Positions 1 through 8,565 of a DNA stretch of 58,198 nt are shown piece after piece (the first letter of the stretch is position 1; every line of letters begins with the position of its first letter). Under the pieces are notes generated by a model. That model did no database searches. It saw nothing but the letters and a program-made list of their open reading frames with translations, and had not been told where the DNA came from. The translations under genes and the position numbers were made by a program. This stretch comes from Candidatus Harrisonbacteria bacterium. GTDB lineage: Bacteria; Patescibacteriota; Minisyncoccia; UBA6257; UBA11618. The stretch is from NCBI GenBank assembly GCA_023244855.1, contig JAHFLO010000003.1, forward strand, positions 1 through 58,198. The letters are read 5' to 3'.

Positions 1-98
1 ATTTTCGCCGTGCGAAGCCCCGCGAGCGCGAGGTGGCCGGTAAGTATGGATATGTCGTGCTCGGGGTTTTTGCCCCCGAAAAATACACCGATAGTCAT
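1..98 (-). CDS. ddl: D-alanine--D-alanine ligase, N-terminal part (runs off window)
   Basis: Manual translation from ATG at 98: MTIGVFFGGKNPEHDISILTG, matching the Ddl GGxSxEHxVS N-terminal motif; lies directly downstream of murF. Confidence 0.88.
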   Translation of the reverse strand, partial: MTIGVFFGGKNPEHDISILTGHLALAGLRTAK

Positions 99-102
99 GG
101 TT

Positions 103-1527
103 TTACAGGTAATTATCTGGCCAATCGTTTTGGAATAGTACTACGTCCCCGCTCTTTAGGATAGTCGGCAAGGCCGTATGGGCTTCCGTGGCCGTATTGA
201 ACCACAGGATATCTTGGTTCTTAAATTCCCCTGCTTTTAGACCTTCGGCTATGAATCCCGTCGCGCTGTTTTTAATGAGGATTACGATGTCTGCCACTGA
301 AGCGAGATCTGTGCCGATAGAGCGGTGGATTTCCGCGCTTCGCGAGCCCATTTCGACGAGGCCGGGGGTGACGTAGATCCTCCGTTTGTTTTTAAAACGG
401 GCGAGTACTCGCACGGCTTCGCGCGCGCCGTCCGGATTGCCGTTATAGCTGTCGTCAATTACCAATATGCCGTTTGCTGCGTTGAAGGGCTCTAGGCGGT
501 GCGCTATAGGCCGTGCCATGGCTACCCCATGCGTAATTTCGGCGCGTGTCATGCCTAAGGTTTCTGCCACGCAGACGGCGCCCATAAGCGTTGCCGGAGC
601 GTAGCCGCCAAGGAGCGGGGTTGTGAGGCGGTACGCCTCGCCATGCTCATTTGTAAGAGAGAAAGACTGCCGCAGGCCGTCCGGCTCAAAGCGAGTATCC
701 GCTATACGATAGCGTGGTAGATCCCCTGCTACGTCGCCGTAAAAGATTGCAGTACGTCCTTCGAGGTTTTCGGCGTACTGTGTGCGTACGCGCTTGTCCT
801 CGGCGTTAAGGATTGCGACAGCTCCTTTCTTAGCGTGCCGGACAATTTCGAACTTGGCGCTTATGGTATTTACGATACTGCCAAAGCGTTCGATGTGCGC
901 CTCGTTGATACCTGTGAGTACGGCAACGTCGGGTGGCGTAAGGGCGCAGAGTTCGCGTATGTCCCCTATGTGGTATGCGCCCATTTCTACGACGAGGACT
1001 TCGGTTTCGGCTGATACTTTTTCAAGTACGAAGCGCGCGATCCCTACGGGGGTGTTTACGCTTTCGGGCGTTGCAAGCGTCGCGAACCGTTCGGCAAGTA
1101 TTGAAGCGAGTATGGCCTTCATGGTGGTTTTGCCGTAACTGCCGGTAATGGCGACGATTTTAAGGTTAGGGAACCGCGCGAGCTTGTGCCTTGCTTTGCG
1201 CAGTATGCGGCCTTTTGCGAACGAGTCGAGCGGCAATGTTATAAGTACGGCGAGCGCGAGGTATGCGGGGAAAATAAAAAGGCTTACCAGTGCAAAAATC
1301 GCAGCGGTTATTGCGCTTGTAGAATAGAAAATAAAGCTGGCTATGATGATGGCCGCGATTGCGGCGAGTAGGGTTATCGCTTTAAGCTTTATAGTCCAAA
1401 CGGCTTTTTGGCGCATGTCGGCGTTAACCGAATAACGGCGTGCTAAAACGCCAAAATACCGCCCGAGGTCGTACTGCTCGAGCTGCAGGAGCGCTATATG
1501 GTAGCGGATTAAGCGAACCGGATTCAT
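103..1527 (-). CDS. murF: UDP-MurNAc-tripeptide--D-Ala-D-Ala ligase (MurF-like) with N-terminal TM segments
   Basis: ITGSYGKTT P-loop, VVEMGA, HRLE, IDDSYNGNP and TPGLVEMG motifs; start moved to ATG 1527 to avoid overlapping the upstream gene. Confidence 0.85.
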   Translation of the reverse strand: MNPVRLIRYHIALLQLEQYDLGRYFGVLARRYSVNADMRQKAVWTIKLKAITLLAAIAAIIIASFIFYSTSAITAAIFALVSLFIFPAYLALAVLITLPLDSFAKGRILRKARHKLARFPNLKIVAITGSYGKTTMKAILASILAERFATLATPESVNTPVGIARFVLEKVSAETEVLVVEMGAYHIGDIRELCALTPPDVAVLTGINEAHIERFGSIVNTISAKFEIVRHAKKGAVAILNAEDKRVRTQYAENLEGRTAIFYGDVAGDLPRYRIADTRFEPDGLRQSFSLTNEHGEAYRLTTPLLGGYAPATLMGAVCVAETLGMTRAEITHGVAMARPIAHRLEPFNAANGILVIDDSYNGNPDGAREAVRVLARFKNKRRIYVTPGLVEMGSRSAEIHRSIGTDLASVADIVILIKNSATGFIAEGLKAGEFKNQDILWFNTATEAHTALPTILKSGDVVLFQNDWPDNYL

Positions 1528-1564
1528 TGCCGGTAATACTAGCGTATTTACAGCTTTTTTACCA

Positions 1565-2317
1565 CTAAACGGCGATATTTTTTGTAAGTAGTGCGACGAA
1601 TTTTTCAGGCTGCTCGCTGAAGCAATAATGCCCTGTGCCTTCAATAACTTCGAGACGGGCGTTTAGGATGAGATGCGCCATGTGCTTGCCATATACAAGC
1701 GGGGCCGTAACGTCTTTATCACCCCAGACTATAAGCGTATCGGTTTTAATGCGCGGTAGGAGCGGGTCGAGGTTTTCGTTTATGATATTCACGAACGTTT
1801 TTTGCAGTTCTGGAGTAGCAAGATAATCTTCCGCGCCCATCCATGCGTACATTTTTTTGCGGAGCGGAGTCATAAAGCGTGGGGCAAAAAAAGGCTTCGC
1901 GATTTTTGCGAGGCAGGCTTTGAGCCCTACAAAAGCGGGCCGTGCGCCGCCGCTTGCGACGAGTACGAGCTTGTCCATAAAGTCCGGACTTTCTGCAGCG
2001 AGCTTTGCAGCGATGCGTGCGCCAGCGGAGTGGCCTATGACTGCATGAATTTTTAGGTCGAGCTTTTCCGCGAATATGCGTACGGTCTCGGCGTAGTCAT
2101 GAAGTGTGTAGGGCTGCTTAGGAGCTTCGGACGCGCCAAATCCGGGGAGATCTATGAATATAAGGCGGTGGCCGGAGTTTTCCATGAGCTGCGCGACGGG
2201 TAGCCAGGCTTCTTTATTGGAGCGCCAGCCGTGGAGAAAAATAAGGGAACGGTCACCGCGTCCGGCGGTGCTGTATGATATGACGGACTCATTGATGATG
2301 ATTTGGCGGGATTCCAT
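1565..2317 (-). CDS. alpha/beta hydrolase
   Basis: FLHGW, DLPGFG, GHSAG nucleophile elbow, WGDKD and GHY catalytic His. Confidence 0.9.
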   Translation of the reverse strand: MESRQIIINESVISYSTAGRGDRSLIFLHGWRSNKEAWLPVAQLMENSGHRLIFIDLPGFGASEAPKQPYTLHDYAETVRIFAEKLDLKIHAVIGHSAGARIAAKLAAESPDFMDKLVLVASGGARPAFVGLKACLAKIAKPFFAPRFMTPLRKKMYAWMGAEDYLATPELQKTFVNIINENLDPLLPRIKTDTLIVWGDKDVTAPLVYGKHMAHLILNARLEVIEGTGHYCFSEQPEKFVALLTKNIAV

Positions 2318-2335
2318 TCGTAAACGTTCGTCGTA

Positions 2336-2373
2336 GCACAAAAAGAAAAACTGTTTAGTTTTTCTTTTTGTGC
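2336..2373 (-). terminator. 17-bp perfect inverted repeat directly after tRNA-Glu
   Basis: gcacaaaaagaaaaact-gttt-agtttttctttttgtgc. Confidence 0.6.
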
Positions 2374-2442
2374 TCCCACGGAGAATCGAACTCCGGTTTC
2401 GACGATGAGAACGTCATGTCCTAACCACTAGACGATAGGAGC
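2371..2442 (-). tRNA. tRNA-Glu (CTC)
   Basis: Cloverleaf GCTCCTA/TGGGAGC acceptor, anticodon loop TT-CTC-AT, T arm CGGAG-TTCGATT-CTCCG; CCA not encoded. Confidence 0.95.
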
Positions 2443-2448
2443 TTGGCA

Positions 2449-3621
2449 TTAATAACCTCTTTTCGAAATGAGTCCTAAGCCCTCGATAATCGCTTCGAGT
2501 CCTTGTCCCGTTATGAGGACAAGGTCGTCGCGTTCGATGATAGCTTGCAATTCGGCTGCCGCCGCTTCCCCGTTATCAAAGCGTATTTTCTTTTTACTGT
2601 CAACGTTTATTGGACTATTTCCTATAGTTATTATTGCGTCGCACGTCTTAATTGCGAGTTTATTTAATATATCTTGCATACGCCACTCGTCGCCCTGTTT
2701 CTGTACCGCGCCGAACACACCAATGACGCGCTTTGCGGGTATTGCGAGAGCGGCTTCGAGGGCGTTGTATAAGGCTTCTTCGGTGGACGCATTAGTGTCG
2801 TTTAGCATGTATGTCCCCTTTTTACCCATAGATAGGCTCATACGGCCTTTCGGTATTTCCAAGTAGCGTAGTGCTTCCGCGGTACGCGCGAGATGCAAGC
2901 CAAAGGCTGTGCCAACGCACATCGCGGCCGCCGCGGCGTATGCAGCTGCTTTGCCAAAGGTGTTATCCATTGTGACATGAGCTGATTGGTTGCCGTATGT
3001 GACGGTAAAAGATATGCCTACGGGTTTGTTTCCGCTTGGTGTTTTTTCGGATCGGTGGACGAGATTGCTAAGTATAAGGTCCGCACCCTCTTCGAAGCCG
3101 AACGTTATTGCCCGTGCGCGCGTGCGCAAAGCGACAGCGCGGGTGCGGGCGTCATCGCGGTTAATGACTGCGTAGCCGTTAGATGGCAATCCGCTTAAAA
3201 GTCTTCCTGCGTCCGTTTCGCTTTCGTGGGCGATTGCCGTAACGATAGTTATTTGCGGACGGGCAATAGATATAAAACGGTGAGACTCTCCTTTGGGGCA
3301 TTCGAGGATAAGAAGCTCAGGATAGTTGGATGACATGTATGCCGTTTTAAATGCCGTCCATAAGGCGCGCGTCCAAAAAAGGAATCCGCTTTCTTCTTTT
3401 TTGATACCGAGTGCAGCAAACGGTAAGTGCATCCGCTCATTCACTTCTTCACTTGTTGTGTGTATAGAGCGGATATCCGCAAGAACGCTCATCAGTGCAA
3501 CTTGTGTGGTTGTTTTTCCGACACCTCCCGTTATTGCGATGATCCCTGGTTCGTATTTTAAAACTGCGCGCATTGCGCAGTGCATTATAAAAGCTTCGCG
3601 TTTCTCAACGATAAACGGCAT
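2449..3621 (-). CDS. Divergent Mur ligase family protein (MurF paralog)
   Basis: IAITGGVGKTTT P-loop, AVINRDD, ITFGF and GRM motifs; the C-terminal MurF motifs are degenerate. Confidence 0.75.
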   Translation of the reverse strand: MPFIVEKREAFIMHCAMRAVLKYEPGIIAITGGVGKTTTQVALMSVLADIRSIHTTSEEVNERMHLPFAALGIKKEESGFLFWTRALWTAFKTAYMSSNYPELLILECPKGESHRFISIARPQITIVTAIAHESETDAGRLLSGLPSNGYAVINRDDARTRAVALRTRARAITFGFEEGADLILSNLVHRSEKTPSGNKPVGISFTVTYGNQSAHVTMDNTFGKAAAYAAAAAMCVGTAFGLHLARTAEALRYLEIPKGRMSLSMGKKGTYMLNDTNASTEEALYNALEAALAIPAKRVIGVFGAVQKQGDEWRMQDILNKLAIKTCDAIITIGNSPINVDSKKKIRFDNGEAAAAELQAIIERDDLVLITGQGLEAIIEGLGLISKRGY

Positions 3622-3625
3622 GCGG

Positions 3626-5278
3626 TTACTGTACCACAGGTTCTGCCTGTAAGTTGTCCGGCGGTATGCCGTAATAATCGATTATGAATTCCGCAAGTTG
3701 CCGGAATGCGGGGACGACCGTCGTTCCCGCAAGCGGGGCACCTCTTGGCTTATCAAGTTTTATAAGTATCGCAATGCGTGGTTTCGAGGCGGGGAAGAAC
3801 CCCGTGTAGGTATTGATAACGTCCTTCGTGTAGCCGCCGCGCACGAAGTCCACCGCCTGCGCGGTGCCGGTCTTGCCCGCCACCGTGAAGTTTGGGATAT
3901 GCGCCACCCGCGCCTTATCTACTGCCGAAACCATCATCGTAGTCGTCTGGTCCGCCGCCTTTTTCGTGAGCACCGTACGTACCGTTGTAGGTTCCGTGCC
4001 CGCCGTTATAAAGGGTTTCATGAGGGAGCCGCGGTTCGCGATTGCGCTTATAGCCGTAAGCATTTGGATTGGGGTAACGGCCACGCCTTGCCCGAAAGAG
4101 GCTGCGGCGAAGTCGATGTCCGCCGTGTGCGTTTTGATGTTTTTTAGGTTGCCGCCGACTTCGCCCGGCAATTCGATGCCAGTGGGGTCTGCGAAACCGA
4201 AGTTGACGACATATTTATAAAACGGCGCGTTGCCGATTTCCCTCTGCATGAAGGCGGCGCCGGTATTGAGCGATTCTTCGATTACGTTCGTCATCGTCAC
4301 GGTGCCGTGCGCTTTCAAATCCCAGTTGCGAATAACTGTGCCGTCGTCGAATTTCAGGGCGCCCGTGTCGTAATAGGTCATGTCGGGCGTGATAGCTCCT
4401 GTGTCGAGGCCGATCGCGGCAGTAATGACCTTAAAGACGGATCCTGGTTCGTAGCGCGCCTGCACTGCGGGGTTCGTAAGGTTTTTAAGCGGAGAATCGG
4501 AATACGATGCGGGGTCGAAGTCGGGCGCGGAGGCCATTGCGAGGATCTTGCCGGTTGCCGGTTCCTGCACGATTACCGTTCCGCCTTCGGCATGCTTCTC
4601 CGTAATAAGCTTTTTGAGTATTTTTTCCGCTTCCGTTTGTATTTGCCGGTCGAGCGTTAAGGCAACGTCGGCGCCTTGGGTTGCGTCCGTTACCGTGCCG
4701 TTATCGAGTGATCCTGCGGTGCCTGCAAGCGTCTTCTCGAACTGTTTTTCAATGCCGTAGCGGCCTACCGTACTATCGTCGTCGCCTGAGGGCGCTACAA
4801 ACCCGATTACGTGGCTTGCGAGTGAGCCATGGGCGTAAAGGCGTTTTTCCTGTTCGTCCATGCGAATACCGGCAATATCCGCTTCTGCTATTTGGGCCGC
4901 CTGTTCGGGGGTAGGGTCCTTCAAAAGTACTTGGTACGAGCCTTTTTTACCGAGGATTTTACGTACGGCGTCGGCTTCCATGCCGAGTATGGGGCTTAAG
5001 TTTTCGACCGCCGTATCAATATCTTTTATTTCGCGCGGGACGGCGATAACTACTTGGTGCGGCTGGTTACCCGCTACGGGAAACAAATCACCGTTCTTGT
5101 CAGTCACGGTTATTAGCCCGCGGTGCGGCTCCATGAAGCCTGCAAGGCGGTATTGAGTAGCGGCGCGTAAAGAGTAAAACGACCCCTTGGCAATTTGGAG
5201 GTCATATAACTGCAAACCAAGCACTATGTACGCTACGGTGATGCCGGAGAAGACTGCGTATGACCGTAGCGATTTCAT
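3626..5278 (-). CDS. Class B penicillin-binding protein (FtsI/PBP2 family)
   Basis: EPGSVFK (SxxK), SLN (SxN) and KTGTAQ motifs; N-terminal TM; dcw position after ftsL. Confidence 0.93.
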   Translation of the reverse strand: MKSLRSYAVFSGITVAYIVLGLQLYDLQIAKGSFYSLRAATQYRLAGFMEPHRGLITVTDKNGDLFPVAGNQPHQVVIAVPREIKDIDTAVENLSPILGMEADAVRKILGKKGSYQVLLKDPTPEQAAQIAEADIAGIRMDEQEKRLYAHGSLASHVIGFVAPSGDDDSTVGRYGIEKQFEKTLAGTAGSLDNGTVTDATQGADVALTLDRQIQTEAEKILKKLITEKHAEGGTVIVQEPATGKILAMASAPDFDPASYSDSPLKNLTNPAVQARYEPGSVFKVITAAIGLDTGAITPDMTYYDTGALKFDDGTVIRNWDLKAHGTVTMTNVIEESLNTGAAFMQREIGNAPFYKYVVNFGFADPTGIELPGEVGGNLKNIKTHTADIDFAAASFGQGVAVTPIQMLTAISAIANRGSLMKPFITAGTEPTTVRTVLTKKAADQTTTMMVSAVDKARVAHIPNFTVAGKTGTAQAVDFVRGGYTKDVINTYTGFFPASKPRIAILIKLDKPRGAPLAGTTVVPAFRQLAEFIIDYYGIPPDNLQAEPVVQ

Positions 5279-5284
5279 TGAAGG

Positions 5285-5575
5285 CTAAGACTGAAGATAT
5301 CGGGGGGAAGTTATTTTTACGAAGCCGTATTCTTTCACGAGGCGTTCCATATTCGTTCCGTTCACTGCCTCGTACCAGCTGTTTTTGAGCGAGGCGTTTT
5401 CACCCCGTGCCGATTCGAGCGATTTTTGCCCCGTTTGAACATCATGTTCAACGGCTACTGTCTTAGTATATACGATTGCGTTTCCGGCCGTAAGCGCGAC
5501 GATAAGAAAGAGGCCGATAACGAGGATAGGATTGGTTTTTACGCGCTTTATTTTTTTGGGATGGATGATGGTCAT
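5285..5575 (-). CDS. FtsL-like cell division protein
   Basis: Single TM followed by coiled coil, located between rsmH and the PBP. Confidence 0.6.
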   Translation of the reverse strand: MTIIHPKKIKRVKTNPILVIGLFLIVALTAGNAIVYTKTVAVEHDVQTGQKSLESARGENASLKNSWYEAVNGTNMERLVKEYGFVKITSPRYLQS

Positions 5576-5579
5576 GGTG

Positions 5580-6500
5580 TTATGTAACGATGCAGATTCT
5601 TAATTTTGCGGAACGGGCGCGGGGATTTATTTTTATTTCTTCGTCGCTCGGCAGTAGGGGTTTTTTTGTGAGTATCGTGAGCCTTCCCTCTTTCGCCATT
5701 TCCCTGAAGCGGTGCTTCACGATACGGTCTTCGAGCGAGTGGAAGGATATGATCGCTACGTGCCCGCCGGGGGCAACTACCTGCGGCAGGGCGTTAATTG
5801 CCTGCTCCACGTTTTCGAGTTCCTTGTTGGCGTAGATGCGGAGCGCCATGAAAGTGCGGGTGGCGGGGTGTATGCGGTATTTACGGCCTTGGTTTGGTAC
5901 CGCATCCGTTATAATATCCGCGAGCTGTTTGGTGGTTTCTACCGGCATCTTCTGTTTTATGGCGCGGGCAATACGGGCGGCGTAGCGTTCTTCGCCGTAG
6001 GTTTTGATGATGGCGGCCAAGTCGTCTTCGGAGACTTCTTTTAAAATATCCGCGATGGATTCTTGGTTATCGCTGTACGTCATTAAAAGCGGCTCGTCTT
6101 CTTGGAAGGTGAAGCCGCGGCCGGAGTGGTTAAGCTCGTCCGAAGAAATACCGAGGTCGAGGATCACGCCGTTCGCCTTAGGGAAGAGGCTGAGGCGCGC
6201 GATATCCGCCATCTCGGCGAAGTTGCCCACGGCGCAGGTAACGCGCCGATCTTCCGCATAGCGTTCCGCACATCCGCGTACGGCGTGCTCGTTCCAGTCT
6301 ATGGCAAGTAGTTTTCCGGTTGCGCCCACGCGTTCCAAAATAAGGGCTGAGTGCCCTCCTGCGCCAAACGTACCGTCTATTACCGCATCCCCTGCTTTTG
6401 CTGCTATCGCATCTACCGTTTCATGAAGCATCACGGGGATATGCACTGTTCCGTTTATCTGTAATTTCGTTTCTTCCATACTGCGGGGCGTTGCGTTCAT
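5580..6500 (-). CDS. rsmH: 16S rRNA m4C1402 methyltransferase
   Basis: HIPVM, DGTFGAGGHS, DLGISS, HPATRTFMALRI, ISFHSLEDRIVK and NPRARSAKLR motifs. Confidence 0.97.
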   Translation of the reverse strand: MNATPRSMEETKLQINGTVHIPVMLHETVDAIAAKAGDAVIDGTFGAGGHSALILERVGATGKLLAIDWNEHAVRGCAERYAEDRRVTCAVGNFAEMADIARLSLFPKANGVILDLGISSDELNHSGRGFTFQEDEPLLMTYSDNQESIADILKEVSEDDLAAIIKTYGEERYAARIARAIKQKMPVETTKQLADIITDAVPNQGRKYRIHPATRTFMALRIYANKELENVEQAINALPQVVAPGGHVAIISFHSLEDRIVKHRFREMAKEGRLTILTKKPLLPSDEEIKINPRARSAKLRICIVT

Positions 6501-6505
6501 AGGGG

Positions 6506-6937
6506 TCAGATGCCGAGTTCCGAAAGGCGTGCGGCGATTTCGTTCGACTGGGATTCGGTTTCTGCTTTGTATTTATTCCACGCAACGTCCTCCCAAATTT
6601 CGATGCGGCTGTAGAGGCCGGCAACGACTGCCTGTTTTTTGATATTGGCGTAGGTGCGGAGATAATCGGGTAAAAGGATGCGCCCTTGGGCATCGAGCGG
6701 GGCTTCCATGGCGCCTGCAAGCATAAGGCGGCCGAAGCCACGGGCGTTCGTGTCCGTAATGGGCATTGCCGCGATTTTCTTGGCTAATTCTTCCCAATCG
6801 GTTCCGCTAAATAAGAATAAACAGCGGTCGAGGCCGCGCGTTATTACGGCGCGCTCGCCTAAAGTGGCGCGGAATTTTGCAGGGATGGCGAGGCGTCCCT
6901 TTTCGTCCGTTGCGTGCTGATATTCGCCGATAAACAT
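6506..6937 (-). CDS. mraZ: Division/cell wall cluster repressor MraZ
   Basis: MFIGEY, DEKGRLAIPAKFR, DAQGRILLP and RIEIW motifs. Confidence 0.97.
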   Translation of the reverse strand: MFIGEYQHATDEKGRLAIPAKFRATLGERAVITRGLDRCLFLFSGTDWEELAKKIAAMPITDTNARGFGRLMLAGAMEAPLDAQGRILLPDYLRTYANIKKQAVVAGLYSRIEIWEDVAWNKYKAETESQSNEIAARLSELGI

Positions 6938-6977
6938 TAGTGTATTTAAAAGTTATCCCCTGATCGGCCGGTTATCC

Positions 6978-7001
6978 CCACAGTTATCCACTCCTCCCCA
7001 C
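6978..7001 (-). promoter_or_regulatory. MraZ-binding direct repeats (3 x GTGG, 10-bp period)
   Basis: ccac at 6978-6981, 6988-6991 and 6998-7001 upstream of mraZ. Confidence 0.75.
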
Positions 7002-7043
7002 AAACCTTATTTTTAATAGTATACCTCCCCACTTAGGGGTCAA

Positions 7044-7052
7044 TGTGGATAA
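7044..7052 (-). promoter_or_regulatory. Perfect DnaA box (TTATCCACA)
   Basis: tgtggataa; near-matches at 6953, 6972 and 6984. Confidence 0.55.
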
Positions 7053-7102
7053 CCCCGAATCCGCGGGGCTATGGGGACCCGTTGCGGTTAAGGGTTTGTA
7101 TG

Positions 7103-7135
7103 AAAAAAGCCGGACACATGCGGGGTGTCCGGCTT
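7103..7135 (-). terminator. Intrinsic terminator of pgeF-like gene
   Basis: aagccggacac/gtgtccggctt stem plus U-tract on the minus strand. Confidence 0.8.
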
Positions 7136-7164
7136 CTGATTTTTAACTTGGTCGGAGGGATGTG

Positions 7165-7926
7165 TTACGGCGCAAGCCAAATTAATGAGCAATTTCGCCC
7201 ATCTTCGCCGGTCTGTCCCTCATTTTCATGCCGTGTATGGGACCAGAATTTGAATGCATCTCCTTCTTTCGCACAACATGTGCATTGGGCTTCGAGGGTG
7301 ATGCGTGTCTGGTAAATTCCCGCATGACAGAGAAGATCATTCGCGAGTTTGTACAAATCCACCGTTCTATTTCCACCATACTTCGTTTCGCTAAGGCAGC
7401 TTTCGAGTATTGTGGGGTGCCTGCTGAGTTGCGGATTCCAAATCTCAGTCTTATCAGGTTCGGGGATCCAGCAGCAGGGACCGATGCCGCCAAAGACCAG
7501 TGCTTCTGCTCGTAGTGGGTCAAAATGGCGCATAGCTGCCTCAATAATCCCTTCTTCATTTGCATCAGAACGAATGAGACAGCGATAACCAGCATGGAGG
7601 ATTACGGCGAAATCCTCTTGCTTAAGGCAGATTATGGGACAGTCGCCGTTGAAAATTGCGACCGCCGTATCCGTTCCATGGAGCAGGGCACCGTCGGCTT
7701 TTTCTTTGGTGCGGATAAGGCGTTCGCTCCAGGTGTCGTCGTCGCTCGAGCCGATTTCGGCTATCCGTGTAGTAAATGCCGTTGCTGGGGCGAAAATTCT
7801 GCGCACCTGACTTGGTAAGACATAAGCTTGTGCCTGATCCATCGTTCTTAGGAATTCCTCTCGAGGTTTTGCGGGATGGAAATTACCGTGTTTTTTACCG
7901 AGTACTGCTTTGCATATACGAGGCAT
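7165..7926 (-). CDS. YfiH/PgeF (laccase-domain, purine nucleoside phosphorylase-like) family protein, divergent
   Basis: ADGALL, GDCPII, HAGYR, GIGPCC, VDL, CTCC, FWSH and GRN motifs; SD AAGGAG sits 8 nt before ATG 7926 (alternative start 7932). Confidence 0.8.
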   Translation of the reverse strand: MPRICKAVLGKKHGNFHPAKPREEFLRTMDQAQAYVLPSQVRRIFAPATAFTTRIAEIGSSDDDTWSERLIRTKEKADGALLHGTDTAVAIFNGDCPIICLKQEDFAVILHAGYRCLIRSDANEEGIIEAAMRHFDPLRAEALVFGGIGPCCWIPEPDKTEIWNPQLSRHPTILESCLSETKYGGNRTVDLYKLANDLLCHAGIYQTRITLEAQCTCCAKEGDAFKFWSHTRHENEGQTGEDGRNCSLIWLAP

Positions 7927-7976
7927 CGTCATGACTCCTTATTTTGTTTTCGATGATCGAATTCTAACTCAATATC

Positions 7977-8006
7977 ATTATACCATTTTTTGATTAAAAA
8001 AGTCAA
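7977..8006 (-). promoter_or_regulatory. sigma70-type promoter
   Basis: TTGACT-N18-TATAAT with extended TG. Confidence 0.75.
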
Positions 8007-8032
8007 TAGCTGCTCATTTTCTCGTTTTTTTG

Positions 8033-8104
8033 TGCGCATTGCTGGAATCGGACCAGCGACCCTTGCAATGTGAATGCAATGCTCTACCACTGAGCTAAAT
8101 GCGC
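8033..8104 (-). tRNA. tRNA-Val (CAC)
   Basis: GCGCATT/AATGCGC acceptor, TTGCA-TTCACAT-TGCAA anticodon arm; T loop reads TCCGATT. Confidence 0.93.
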
Positions 8105-8124
8105 GTGCTTTTCGTATCCATAAT

Positions 8125-8162
8125 AAACAAAAACAGCCTTTTTGGAAAGGCTGTTTTTGTTT
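8125..8162 (-). terminator. Terminator after rplL
   Basis: aaacaaaaacagcc / ggctgtttttgttt inverted repeat. Confidence 0.8.
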
Positions 8163-8177
8163 GGCTGATGTCGAATT

Positions 8178-8552
8178 CTATTGGAGTTCGACGATTGCGC
8201 CTGCGGCTTCGAGCTTCTTCTTGAAGTCTTCCGCTTCGTCCTTCTTCAATCCTTCTTTCGCCACCTTCGGGGCGCCGTCGACGATTGCCTTCGCTTCTTG
8301 CAACCCAAGTCCCAAGACTTCCTTGATGACCTTGATTACTTGAATCTTCTGGCTGCCGCCGTCCTTCAAGAGGACGTTCCATGCGGTCTTTTCGTCTGCT
8401 GCAGCTGCGTCCCCTGCGCCGGCTCCTGCTGCTACGCCTACCGGCATCGCTGCCGAGATGCCGAACTTTTCTTCCATCGCCTTTACGAGCTCGGAGAGCT
8501 CAAGGGCGTTGAAGCCCGCGATCTTTTCTAAAATGTCGTTGAATTTTTCCAT
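8178..8552 (-). CDS. rplL: 50S ribosomal protein bL12
   Basis: [34 protein letters not shown] and LEAAGA motifs. Confidence 0.98.
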   Translation of the reverse strand: MEKFNDILEKIAGFNALELSELVKAMEEKFGISAAMPVGVAAGAGAGDAAAADEKTAWNVLLKDGGSQKIQVIKVIKEVLGLGLQEAKAIVDGAPKVAKEGLKKDEAEDFKKKLEAAGAIVELQ

Positions 8553-8565
8553 TGTCGTTTAATTA

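Noticed and set aside
6953..7100. Possible replication origin
   Set aside because: Only one perfect DnaA box, no dnaA/dnaN nearby, short region and no switch in gene orientation
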